The position numbers were made by a program, and so were the translations under genes. The notes below the pieces were generated by a model. That model ran no database searches, had not been told where the DNA came from, and was given only the letters and a program-made list of their open reading frames with translations. Shown here one piece after another: positions 1-9,800 of a stretch of DNA of 64,000 nt (position 1 is its first letter; each line of letters opens with the position of its first letter). The stretch comes from Minisyncoccota bacterium. GTDB lineage: Bacteria > Patescibacteriota > Minisyncoccia > UBA6257 > GWB1-50-10. The DNA is taken from positions 27,566 to 91,565 of the forward strand of contig JAGVBU010000002.1 of the NCBI GenBank assembly GCA_020059585.1. The letters are read 5' to 3'.

Positions 1-10
1 AAACGGTATT

Positions 11-607
11 ATGGCAAAGCGGATATTCGATATCATTCTTTCAGGAATCGGGCTCGTGGTCTTCTCCCCCGTCATTCTCACTATCGCGATTATTATTAAG
101 CGCACGTCTCCGGGACCCGTCTTTTATCGCGGAGAACGGACGGGACTTCACGGAAAATCGTTCCGCATATTCAAATTCAGAAGCATGGTTGTGGATGCGG
201 AAAAAACCGGCGTCCTCTCAACAACAAAAGAAGACGCGCGCGTCACCCCCATCGGGCGATTCGTACGAAAGACGAAACTCGATGAGATTCCGCAACTTAT
301 CAATGTCTTTATCGGCGATATGAGTTTGGTGGGTCCGCGCCCCGAGGTGAAAAAATTCACCGACATGTATACCGAGGATGAAAAGGTGCTTCTTTCAATC
401 CGCCCCGGCATCACCGATTACGCGTCGATCTGGAATTCTGATGAGGCAACGCTTCTCGCGGGAAGTGCCGATCCCGACAAAGATTATCTTGAGAAGATAC
501 GTCCCGAAAAAATCCGCTTACAGCTCAAATATTTTAAAGAACAATCGCTTATCACCGATATGAAAATCTTATTCCTTACTGTGAAAAAACTTGTTTTCAG
601 AACATAA
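11..607 (+). CDS. Sugar transferase (Bac_transf family, undecaprenyl-phosphate phosphoglycosyltransferase)
   Basis: KRIFDI N-terminus, FKFRSM, D.RVT.IGRF.RKTKLDE.PQL.NV..GDMSLVGPRP and PGIT motifs. Confidence 0.93.
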   Translation: MAKRIFDIILSGIGLVVFSPVILTIAIIIKRTSPGPVFYRGERTGLHGKSFRIFKFRSMVVDAEKTGVLSTTKEDARVTPIGRFVRKTKLDEIPQLINVFIGDMSLVGPRPEVKKFTDMYTEDEKVLLSIRPGITDYASIWNSDEATLLAGSADPDKDYLEKIRPEKIRLQLKYFKEQSLITDMKILFLTVKKLVFRT

Positions 608-629
608 TATTTTCACGTATAATACATCT

Positions 630-1616
630 GTGAAACACATCTATTCAAAAAAGACCATACAGAGACTCTATGAGACGATGCTCCGCATCCGCCACGTAGA
701 GGAAAGTTTTGTCGAACCCATCCTTTCCGGCACTATCCGCTGTCCCGTTCACCTCTATGTAGGCGAGGAGGGCGTTGCCGCGGGAACGCTCGCGCACACG
801 AATAAAGACGACATCATCTTCGGTACGCACCGCTCGCACGGACACTATCTCGCAAAAGGCGGTGATATGAGGGCGATGGTCGCGGAAATCTACGGCAAGG
901 AAACCGGATGCGCGAAAGGGCGCGGAGGATCCATGCACGTTGTTGACGCGAAAAAAGGAATGCTCGGCGCGGCACCCATTGTCGCGGGGACAGTTTCACT
1001 CGCGGTCGGCGCGGCACTCTCATTTAAAATAAAGAAACAAAAAAATGTCGCGATTGCGTTTTTCGGAGACGGCGCCGTCGGCGAGGGCGTGCTTCACGAG
1101 GCGCTGAACTTTGCGGCACTCAACAAACTCCCTGTTCTTTTCGTCTGCGAGAATAATTATTATTCCACCCATATGCCCCTCCGCGACACGCGCCCCTATG
1201 ACAACATCTTCGAACTCGGCGCGCCGCACAAAATCGCGTATGCCCGCGCGAGCGGAAATGATGTACTCAAAGTGTATGATGTCGCGGGCGATATGATACA
1301 AAAATGCCGTGTGGGACAGGGCCCCGCGTTCATCGAATTTCTCACCTACCGCTATCGCGGACACGTCGGTCCAAACGATAACATTCAGGGGACGCAGACC
1401 GATATCCGCCCAAAGGCAGAGGTTGCGAAATGGAAGAGAAATGATCCCATCAGAAATCTCGAATCATATATCGCACGGAATAAAATTCTTTCCCGAGGGG
1501 AGCAAGATAAAATTTTAAAACGCGTGGGAAAAGAAATACAAAATGCCCATGCTTTTTCCCAAAAAAGTCGTTTCCCCGATCCAAAAACATTATCCGACTA
1601 TGTCTTCAAAAAATAG
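630..1616 (+). CDS. Thiamine-diphosphate-dependent dehydrogenase E1 alpha-like subunit
   Basis: HLYVGEE, HRSHGH, GRGGSMH, GDGA...ENN ThDP motif, TYRYRGH; GTG start at 630 chosen because TATAAT lies at 618-623. Confidence 0.9.
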   Translation: MKHIYSKKTIQRLYETMLRIRHVEESFVEPILSGTIRCPVHLYVGEEGVAAGTLAHTNKDDIIFGTHRSHGHYLAKGGDMRAMVAEIYGKETGCAKGRGGSMHVVDAKKGMLGAAPIVAGTVSLAVGAALSFKIKKQKNVAIAFFGDGAVGEGVLHEALNFAALNKLPVLFVCENNYYSTHMPLRDTRPYDNIFELGAPHKIAYARASGNDVLKVYDVAGDMIQKCRVGQGPAFIEFLTYRYRGHVGPNDNIQGTQTDIRPKAEVAKWKRNDPIRNLESYIARNKILSRGEQDKILKRVGKEIQNAHAFSQKSRFPDPKTLSDYVFKK

Positions 1617-2604
1617 ACCCTTAGAATACAGTTTGGCGCTCAATGAGGCGATCCATCAAATGATGGCGGAAGATCCCTCCGTGTTCCTCATCGGACAGGG
1701 AGTGAAAAGCCCGTGGTATGTGGGAAACACCGCGACGGGCCTTCTCGACCGCTTCGGCGAAGCGCGCGTCATCGACACTCCCGTCTCGGAAAACGCGGTG
1801 ACTGGAGCGGCGGTCGGCGCCGCAATCGCGGGAATGAAGCCAATTGTGGAACATCCGCGAATGGATTTTATGATGTACGCGCTTGATCCCATCTTAAACG
1901 AGGCGGCAAATTGGTTGTATATGTCGGGCGGGGCGGTGAATGTCCCTCTCGTCATTTGGGGAATCATCAACCGCGGAGGAGAACAGGCGGCGCAGCATTC
2001 TCAGGCGCTCCACGCGCTCTTCGCGCACATCCCCGGACTCAAAGTTGTGATGCCCTCAACCGCGTATGACGCGAAGGGGCTTATGATCGCGGCGATCAAA
2101 GACAAAAACCCCGTGCTTTATATCGATGACCGGTGGCTCTATCGCGTGAAAGGAAATGTTCCGAAGAAAATTTATTCGGTGCCTATCGGGAAGGGCGCGG
2201 TGAGAAAAAAAGGAAAGGATATCACGGTTGTGGGAATTTCCTACGGCGCGCATCAGGCGACACTCGCGTACGATGAACTCCTGAAGAAGGGTATTTCCGC
2301 GGAGATCATTGATCCCCGTACCGTGAAACCCCTCGACATCCCTCTTATTCTTGAATCGGTTAAGAAAACAAAACGGCTCGCCGTCATTGATACCGGATGG
2401 AAAACGGGAGGAATCGCGGGAGAAATCATCGCGTCAATCACGGAGAAGGGATTTCAATATTTGAAACAGGCACCGCTCCGTATCACCCTCCCCGACATTC
2501 CCGCACCGATGGCGAGGACGCTCGAGGAGGAATATTACCGTCCGCTATCAGTCCAATCAATCGTCGCGACAATTGAAACAATGGTTCGAAAAAATAAAAA
2601 ATAA
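1600..2604 (+). CDS. ThDP-dependent dehydrogenase E1 beta-like subunit (transketolase-like)
   Basis: DTPVSE, AAQHSQ, PGLKVVMPS, IDPRTVKPLD motifs; overlaps the alpha stop. Confidence 0.9.
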   Translation: MSSKNRPLEYSLALNEAIHQMMAEDPSVFLIGQGVKSPWYVGNTATGLLDRFGEARVIDTPVSENAVTGAAVGAAIAGMKPIVEHPRMDFMMYALDPILNEAANWLYMSGGAVNVPLVIWGIINRGGEQAAQHSQALHALFAHIPGLKVVMPSTAYDAKGLMIAAIKDKNPVLYIDDRWLYRVKGNVPKKIYSVPIGKGAVRKKGKDITVVGISYGAHQATLAYDELLKKGISAEIIDPRTVKPLDIPLILESVKKTKRLAVIDTGWKTGGIAGEIIASITEKGFQYLKQAPLRITLPDIPAPMARTLEEEYYRPLSVQSIVATIETMVRKNKK

Positions 2605-2608
2605 ATAT

Positions 2609-3730
2609 ATGTATAAAGTTCGATTCGTAAATCCGCAAAAACAGTTCGCGGACCACAAGGAAGAATATATGGGGGCAGTCGAGCAGGTCTTTTCGCAGGG
2701 AAATCTCATTATGCGACAGGATCTTAAGGATTTTGAGGAGTCGATTGCAAAATTTGTCGGCGTGAAGCACGCAATCGGCGTGAATTCGGGAACGTCAGCA
2801 ATCTATCTCTCTCTTAAAGCGGCGGGAATCGGCCCCGGCGACGAGGTCATCACGGTCGCGCACACATTTATCGCAAGCATTTCATGCGTCTATCTTGTAG
2901 GCGCCACTCCAGTCCTTGTCGACGTTGGAGAAGATTTCAACATCAATCCCGACCTTATTGAGGCGGCGATCACGCCCAAAACAAAGGCAATCGAGGTGGT
3001 GCACCTCAACGGGCGCATTTGCGACATGGACCGCGTGCAGGATATCGCGAAAAAGCACAACCTCATCATTATTGAGGACGCGGCGCAGGCAATGGGAGCA
3101 ACCTACACAACGAGAGACGGCTCCGTGAAGAAGGCGGGGTCATTCGGGCTTACGGGATGTTTTAGTTTGTATCCCTTCAAGGCGCTCGGCGCGTTCGGAA
3201 ATTCGGGAATTATCACGACAGACGACGATGCCATCGCAAAAAAGCTTATGCTCCTCCGTTACAACGGGGAGGACAGGGAAACGCGCTTTTTCTCCTATCA
3301 CAGCCATAATATGCTTATGGACAACGTGCAGGCGGCACTTTTGAACGTGAAAATGAAATACTTTCCTAAATGGATAGAGCGCCGACGGGAGATTGCGAAT
3401 CTCTATTATGAGGGATTGAAAGACGTGCCTCAGGTGAAACTCCCCCACTTCGACGACAATCGATATTACGATATTTATACGAACTACGCGGTGCGCGCGG
3501 AACGTCGTGATGAATTGAAAAAATATTTTGACGACAATGAGCTTGTCGAGACCATCATTTCGTGGCCAATTCCGATGTACAAGCAGACCGCAATGCTCCC
3601 GAACGACTATTTTCTTCTGGAAACGGAAAAAATCTGCACGGAAATCATCTCGCTCCCGATGTATCCCGAACTCACGAACGAGGACGCGCAAAACGTCATT
3701 GACGCGATAAAAACGTTCTATACAAAATAG
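2609..3730 (+). CDS. DegT/DnrJ/EryC1/StrS family PLP-dependent nucleotide-sugar aminotransferase
   Basis: NSGTSA, GDEVIT, IEDAAQA, FSLYPFK (PLP lysine), SLPMYP. Confidence 0.93.
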   Translation: MYKVRFVNPQKQFADHKEEYMGAVEQVFSQGNLIMRQDLKDFEESIAKFVGVKHAIGVNSGTSAIYLSLKAAGIGPGDEVITVAHTFIASISCVYLVGATPVLVDVGEDFNINPDLIEAAITPKTKAIEVVHLNGRICDMDRVQDIAKKHNLIIIEDAAQAMGATYTTRDGSVKKAGSFGLTGCFSLYPFKALGAFGNSGIITTDDDAIAKKLMLLRYNGEDRETRFFSYHSHNMLMDNVQAALLNVKMKYFPKWIERRREIANLYYEGLKDVPQVKLPHFDDNRYYDIYTNYAVRAERRDELKKYFDDNELVETIISWPIPMYKQTAMLPNDYFLLETEKICTEIISLPMYPELTNEDAQNVIDAIKTFYTK

Positions 3731-3744
3731 GAACTAAAATCTAT

Positions 3745-3779
3745 CCCCCCCACCATTCCATGGAATGGCGGGGGTTTTT
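3745..3779 (+). terminator. Palindromic hairpin plus T-run after the aminotransferase gene
   Basis: cccccccaccattccatggaatggcgggggttttt. Confidence 0.65.
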
Positions 3780-3812
3780 GTAAATTCAAAAAAAATGCGA
3801 TATTCTTGGTTT

Positions 3813-5663
3813 ATGCAGACATTCTTGGGTTTTTTGCGGGAGAAAAAAATAATTATATTCGGCATCGCGGATGCCCTTCTTATAGTCATTGGGCTCTTCC
3901 TTTCCTTTCTCGCCCGATTCGACGGTTCTTTTCCTTCAGAATATATCCCATGGTTCCCTTATTACGCGCTCATCCTCGTCGTTTTGAATATCGCATTTCT
4001 CTGGCGCGCGCGTCTCTATGCCTTCACATGGGGATTTGTGGGATTCTCAGAATTCGTAAAGCTCATAAAAGCGACCACCTACGCGCACGCGCTTTTCGCG
4101 ATCTTTGTCTTTATCTACTGGGATAGGCTCGTCTTTCTTTCGGGATTCCCGCGGTCGGTCATCGTCATCAGTTATCTTTTCGATATTATTTTTCTCGGCA
4201 CGCTCCGAATCTCGAAGCGTTTTATTCTTGAATTCATAAGTTCCCGCGCGGCGATGAAACGCGGAGCAGCCACCATCATTGTGGGAGCGGGAACCGAAGG
4301 AGAGCAGATTCTTCGGTTTATGAAGCGCGACGCCTCGTTTAAAATAGTGGGCATTGTCGACAACGACGCGCGGAAGAAGAAATCGCAGATACACGGCGTC
4401 ACCGTACTCGGCGCGATACGAGATATCCCCGCGATTACGGAAAAGTTTTCCGTGACGCGCGCGATTATCGCTATTCCCGCGGGAGACACAGATCTTATTC
4501 GTGACGCGGTGACCCACTCACGCGACGCGGGCATCACCGACATAAAGATCATTCCCACCGCGCATGAACTGCTCACGGGAAAGGTGACGATTGCCGATAT
4601 CCGTGACGTGCGCATTGAGGATCTTTTGGGACGCGCCCCCGCGAAGATAGATACGCATGAAATATCGGACTTTATACGGGGAAAAACGGTGCTCGTGACC
4701 GGCGCCGCGGGCTCTATCGGATCCGAGATCGTGCGGCAGTGCATTGCGTTCGAGCCGAAGAAACTCTATCTTCTTGATTTCAACGAGAGCGGTCTTTTTG
4801 ATCTTGAACAGGAACTCGCGATCGCGGCTCCGCAATCGAAAAAATTCACTCAATCCGTCATCGCGAACATCACGCATAAGGAGAAGATAGACAAGATATT
4901 TCTCGATATGAGACCAAACGTTGTTTTTCACGCGGCGGCATATAAGCATGTGCCTCTTATGGAGGATCATCCGGAGGAAGCGATTCTCACAAACGTCATC
5001 GGGACCATGAATCTTGGGAATGCATCAATCGCGGCGGGAACGGAGAAGTTCGTCATCATTTCTACGGACAAGGCGATACGCCCTCTATCCGTTATGGGAA
5101 AATCAAAACGCGCAGCCGAACTCGTGGGAAAGGCGCTGAATGAGAAAAACGGAACGAAGTTTGTCGCGGTGAGGTTTGGAAACGTCATTGGATCCCGCGG
5201 AAGCGTCATTCCCCTCTTTCAGGAACAGATACGGAAACGATCCCCTATCACCGTCACGCATCCCGATATGACTCGCTATTTTATGACGATTCCCGAAGCG
5301 GCGCTTCTTGTGATGGAGGCTGGCGCGGTGGGAAACGGAGGCGAGGTGTTTATGCTTGATATGGGACAACCCGTGAAAATACTCGATGTCGCGCGAACGC
5401 TTATACGCCTTGCGGGACTCACGCCTGATGTCGATATCCCGATTGTCTTCACCGGCGTTCGTCCGGGAGAGAAGATTGAGGAGATTGTCTTTAGCGAGGA
5501 GGAAAAGCGCGTTGGCACGACGCAGTGGGACAAAATATTCGTCACCAAAAACGAATCAACGTTCGACGCGGAGCGCGTATTAACGCTCACTGAGGCGCTG
5601 CGACACATTATAGAAAAAAACCACGAGGAAACGCGGAAGGATCTTGATGAATTTATTGCGTAG
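3813..5663 (+). CDS. Membrane-anchored nucleotide-sugar 4,6-dehydratase (CapD/PglF/WbpM family)
   Basis: N-terminal TM helices, VGAG linker, EDLLGR, VTGAAGSIGSE, HAAAYKHVP, ISTDKA, VRFGNV.GSRGSV, G.RPGEK. Confidence 0.93.
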   Translation: MQTFLGFLREKKIIIFGIADALLIVIGLFLSFLARFDGSFPSEYIPWFPYYALILVVLNIAFLWRARLYAFTWGFVGFSEFVKLIKATTYAHALFAIFVFIYWDRLVFLSGFPRSVIVISYLFDIIFLGTLRISKRFILEFISSRAAMKRGAATIIVGAGTEGEQILRFMKRDASFKIVGIVDNDARKKKSQIHGVTVLGAIRDIPAITEKFSVTRAIIAIPAGDTDLIRDAVTHSRDAGITDIKIIPTAHELLTGKVTIADIRDVRIEDLLGRAPAKIDTHEISDFIRGKTVLVTGAAGSIGSEIVRQCIAFEPKKLYLLDFNESGLFDLEQELAIAAPQSKKFTQSVIANITHKEKIDKIFLDMRPNVVFHAAAYKHVPLMEDHPEEAILTNVIGTMNLGNASIAAGTEKFVIISTDKAIRPLSVMGKSKRAAELVGKALNEKNGTKFVAVRFGNVIGSRGSVIPLFQEQIRKRSPITVTHPDMTRYFMTIPEAALLVMEAGAVGNGGEVFMLDMGQPVKILDVARTLIRLAGLTPDVDIPIVFTGVRPGEKIEEIVFSEEEKRVGTTQWDKIFVTKNESTFDAERVLTLTEALRHIIEKNHEETRKDLDEFIA

Positions 5664-5717
5664 AGTTCAGAAGCTAGTAGCTAGGGGTTAGAAACCAGGA
5701 GCTAGTATCTAGAAGCG
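5662..5717. repeat. Degenerate period-7 tandem repeat (8 units beginning AG)
   Basis: agagttc|agaagct|agtagct|aggggtt|agaaacc|aggagct|agtatct|agaagcg fills the convergent gap. Confidence 0.75.
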
Positions 5718-6344
5718 TTTTCGTATGAACGAAACGAGAAGCCACACTGCAACAATGCCGGCGATACCCACGCCCGTATAGAGTCCCACATTGCCTATCG
5801 TTCCCACATAGTCGGCGTATGCCGCGCCGATATACCATCCGAAAAGCGCCATAGAAAGCGCGCGGAAGAAGCCCCCTATGAGCGTGATCACAAGATATCG
5901 CTTGAATTCATAATGAATGAGTCCGCACCCGATCGATATCGCCATATTAGGGAAAAACGGAATCGCGCGGAGCATAAAGATGACAAATTCATCGGTGCCG
6001 CGCGTTGAAAGCTTTTCCCTGAAGCGTTCCACCGACTGCCATGAAACGCCTATGTAGCGCCCCCATTTCTTTATTGCAAGTTCTCCTCCGTGAAAGGCGA
6101 TGAGGTATCCAAAAAGCGATCCAATGGAGAGCCCGAACGCGCCCGGAATCGCGATTGTGAATATCGCGTCAATCGCAACCACACCAAAAGAAGAGGATGC
6201 GGGGAGCATAAAAAAACCGGCGGCGAGGAAGGGCAGGGAGGATGGAATGGGAATCGCAATTTCTTCGATTATCGAGAGAAAAAAGATGCCGATTGCTCCA
6301 TATTGCTCCACGAATGGTGTTATTGTATGTAATATTTCAGACAC
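5709..6344 (-). CDS. DedA/VTT-domain membrane protein
   Basis: IEEIAIPIPS..AGF, G..GY, RAIP motifs; hydrophobic. Confidence 0.85.
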   Translation of the reverse strand: MSEILHTITPFVEQYGAIGIFFLSIIEEIAIPIPSSLPFLAAGFFMLPASSSFGVVAIDAIFTIAIPGAFGLSIGSLFGYLIAFHGGELAIKKWGRYIGVSWQSVERFREKLSTRGTDEFVIFMLRAIPFFPNMAISIGCGLIHYEFKRYLVITLIGGFFRALSMALFGWYIGAAYADYVGTIGNVGLYTGVGIAGIVAVWLLVSFIRKRF

Positions 6345-6810
6345 GGATTTATACGGATAGAACTGATTTATGCGGACTGTGTAGTATATATAAACCTTTT
6401 GATTTCAAGCTTCTTTTGGGAAAAATTTATAAGAAATCCAAGAGTGTATTTTGATCCTTTTAGATATCCGAAGAACTGTTTTTTATCTTCCCTCGTGATG
6501 TATGGCTTCGATTTAAGCTCAATTAAGATAGAATCGTCTACTACTAAGTCGGGAATATACACGCCAATTTTTTCTTCTTTGTAAAAAATATTTATTCTTT
6601 CTTGTGTTGAAACTTTTAAGTTTCTTAATTCTAATTCTTTCTTGAGTGCATTTTCAATCGTCTTTTCCCGAATGCCTCCGCCTATTTTATTAAATACCTC
6701 AAAACACGCGCCCCTTATTTCATATGACTCTTTTTCGAATAGAAGTGTCATGAAGTTATTATATATCTAATAGAATCTGTATTAATCAGTATAATCCGTA
6801 AATATCCGCG
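6342..6810 (-). mobile_element. GxxExxY cassette bounded by ~37 bp imperfect inverted repeats (6342-6378 and 6774-6810)
   Basis: cacggatttatacggatagaactgatttatgcggact matches the reverse complement of aatctgtattaatcagtataatccgtaaatatccgcg; interior is AT-rich. Confidence 0.6.
6368..6751 (-). CDS. GxxExxY protein (PD-(D/E)XK nuclease-like)
   Basis: SYEIRGACFEV.N.IGGGIREKTI.NAL, PDLVVD..ILIELKS, Q..GYL, GFLINF. Confidence 0.88.
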   Translation of the reverse strand: MTLLFEKESYEIRGACFEVFNKIGGGIREKTIENALKKELELRNLKVSTQERINIFYKEEKIGVYIPDLVVDDSILIELKSKPYITREDKKQFFGYLKGSKYTLGFLINFSQKKLEIKRFIYTTQSA

Positions 6811-6843
6811 AAACAAAAAACCCCCGAAGGGGTTTTTTGTTTT
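6811..6843 (-). terminator. Bidirectional intrinsic terminator after the S-layer-like gene
   Basis: aaacaaaaaacccccgaaggggttttttgtttt. Confidence 0.85.
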
Positions 6844-6858
6844 GACCCAACCTTACTA

Positions 6859-9800
6859 TTAGTAAGAGAGAGTCGCGCCGTCAACCGGGTATGAATCTGA
6901 AGCAGAGTTGCTTCCGAATTCCGTACCTGTGGTTGCCTGCGTGTAGCGATACACTACGCCACCGGTGTTCCAGTAGTATTCTGGTCCGGTTGAGCCATCG
7001 GTCGAAAGGTATCCTTTCGTGCCGTCAACCTTGAGCGAAAGTGTCGTGTTCGTGGTTCCCGCATTCGAGACCGCAGACTCGATGTTCGAGGTGTCGGCCT
7101 TCACGGTGTAAGTCTTTGAAGAGTTTGCACCGATTTCCTGCGTTACCCACGCGCCTGACGTTGACGCAAAGGTGACAGTCGCCGTTGAGGATGCCGTCAC
7201 ACCGTATCCGTAGATCGTCGTCGCCGCTGACGTTGCAACCAACTGGTCTGCTTCGTCATAGAGGCGGAAGTTCGTTACGGAGCTCGATGAACTCGGGCTA
7301 AGGCTCAAGCTCGCTACGACCGCGAAGGACTCAAGCGTAAGCGTGCGTCCTCCTGCCGGAGCGGAGTTTGCGATTGTGAATTTACCCACTACGTCCGTTG
7401 ACTGTCCGATCTTTCCGGTCGCGTTTGAAAGCGCGTTCGTAATGGTCGGCGCCGCGTCATGGAAGAGGAAGTAGTTCGAGGTTGAGCTCGAAGTTACCGT
7501 GATGCTTCCCTCAGCCAACTGGCCTTGTGAAGAATATACTTCCATATCGTCCGTTGATGAGCTGTTCACCATGACCGCCACTACCGACGTCGGTTCGAGA
7601 ATTCCCGATCCGCTTACGTCAGCCTTGAGGGTCAAGACCTTCTGCTGGCTCTGCGGCAAGGTGACATACTTTGACGAGTCGAGTGCAAAGAGCACTTTTC
7701 CGGTCACCGAGTTCACGCTTGCTGACTGGAGCAACGTTGATCCGTCATAGAGATACACCATCGCAAAGTTCGGCGCGGTTGACGTTGCCGTCTTCCATGT
7801 CGAGCTCGCTGACAAGAGCTGAAGCGTGATTTTTCTCAATTCGAGATCCTCGTTCGATGCTTCAAGACGAATCTTGTTCAATTCAACACCGGTCTGTCCC
7901 GCGAGCACTATCTTTGAGGTCGGCTTCGAAGAGTCGGCCGCAATCGTGAGGCTCGGAGCCTTTACGGTGATTGATTGAAGCGCAAGTGCCGCTGACGGCG
8001 TGGATTCAAGTGACTTCGATGAAGACACTCCGTATCCACTCACGCCCGCTGACGCAACGCTCGCATAGAACGAATCGTTTTCGGTCGCTGAGGAGAGCAC
8101 ATCCGCGTAGAGCGAGAGTACTTTCGACTGCGACTTCGCGATCGTCAGGTTTAACGTGAAGCTGTTCGAGCTCGCCGAAGGCGTGCCGATGGTCGATCCG
8201 AGCTGAGTCGCACCGTCCATAAGCTTCATGTTCTGGATGTATGAGCTTGACGCAACATCAAAGCTGATGGTGTTCACTCTCACATCATCCGCTGACGAGG
8301 CCTGAAGAACGAATTCTCCAATCTTGACGTTCGTCGCGCTCTTTGCACGGTTCGTATTCGCGAACGCGGCATTCTTCGTGACGGTCAAGGTTACATCGCC
8401 AACCGTGATCTGATTTCCCGAATAGACACTGTCCGCGAGATAGGTGAAGTCATTCGTCGAGTAACGCTTCGTGTAGAAACGACCAACCTTTGCGGTATAG
8501 TCGTCCGTTGACGCCGCGCTTGACGAGATGGTTCCCGTTACCTCGATGGTCTTCGTCGCACCCGCTTCAACATTGATGTATGAAGAGAGGTTGTGAAGAT
8601 ACGTGTCCAACGTTGATGTCGTCACTGATGACGTTGCCTGAAGTCCGGTCGTGTCTGCTGAGATTGACAAGTAGGTTTCCCCAGTCGTCGCATCTTTTAC
8701 GTTCACGGTTCCGGTGAGTGCCTTTGCTCCGCTCGTGGTGTCATAGCTGATCTGAAGACCAATTTTGCGGATCTCAAGCTTCTCTCCTGCTGACTTCAAG
8801 TCGAATTTCGCAAGCACCACATTCTGTGAAGAGGGCGCTACGCTTCCGCTCGGGCTTCCTGCCGCCTTTGAGATGGTAAGAAGTCCTGACTTTACCTTGA
8901 AGTAGCCATTCGTGTTCTGCGTGTCCGACTGCGTGAGTTCGTTTCCAGACGAATCTTTCGGCTGGATCGCGCCTCCCGTCGTGACACCCTTCACGACCAC
9001 ATCGTAGTCGTTCTGGATTGACAAACGCGTGTAGTATCCGGATCCATCAACCACGTCCGCCTTGACCGTGAGGGTCTTTGAGAGTCCCTTGTCGATCGTG
9101 TACGGGGTGGTGAGAACGAAGGTCACATAGCGATCCACCGATTTCTCAGTGGTTGCCAACACGTTTCCTTCCGGCGAATACAATTTCCAATTCTTGAAGT
9201 CGGTGTCCCGAATCGTTCCCTCCGCATAGAGAGTGATCTTTTCGAGTCTGATCGCTTCCTTGGAATTGTTCTGGTTCAACTGGACCTTGAATATTTCGCG
9301 GTCAGTCTGGCCAACTTCGATGTTTCCGTCACCAGTCGTCACAGAAAGACCTGAGACGGCCTGGTCATCGATGCGCACATCTCCGAGCGATGCGCTTCCG
9401 TCAACAAGCGTGAACGTGGTGCCTGATACGGGGAAATTTCCCTGTACCGGAACGCTGTTCGACACCGTGACATCCGACGCCGACGCAACGGAGAAGTTCA
9501 CTGTTCCGCTCGTCACCGCCGAGTCAATGTTGATTGCAACATAGACATTCTTTGACTGTCCGGCACCAAGAACGATCGGTGATCCACTAAACGAGATCAA
9601 CGCCTTTCCGTCCGCCGTCAAAGCCGTGATGATGTTCCCATAGCGGGTTCCCGCATCATCCCAGAGGCTCACGCCAGTGATCTTGGTGTTCGCGACATAG
9701 CCGCCACGGGTTACCGTGACGCCCGTCACTGTTGCACCATCCTTCCCTGCCGTAAGTTTGAGCGTCAACACTTTGTTGTAAAGTGATCCGCTCGGGAGAC

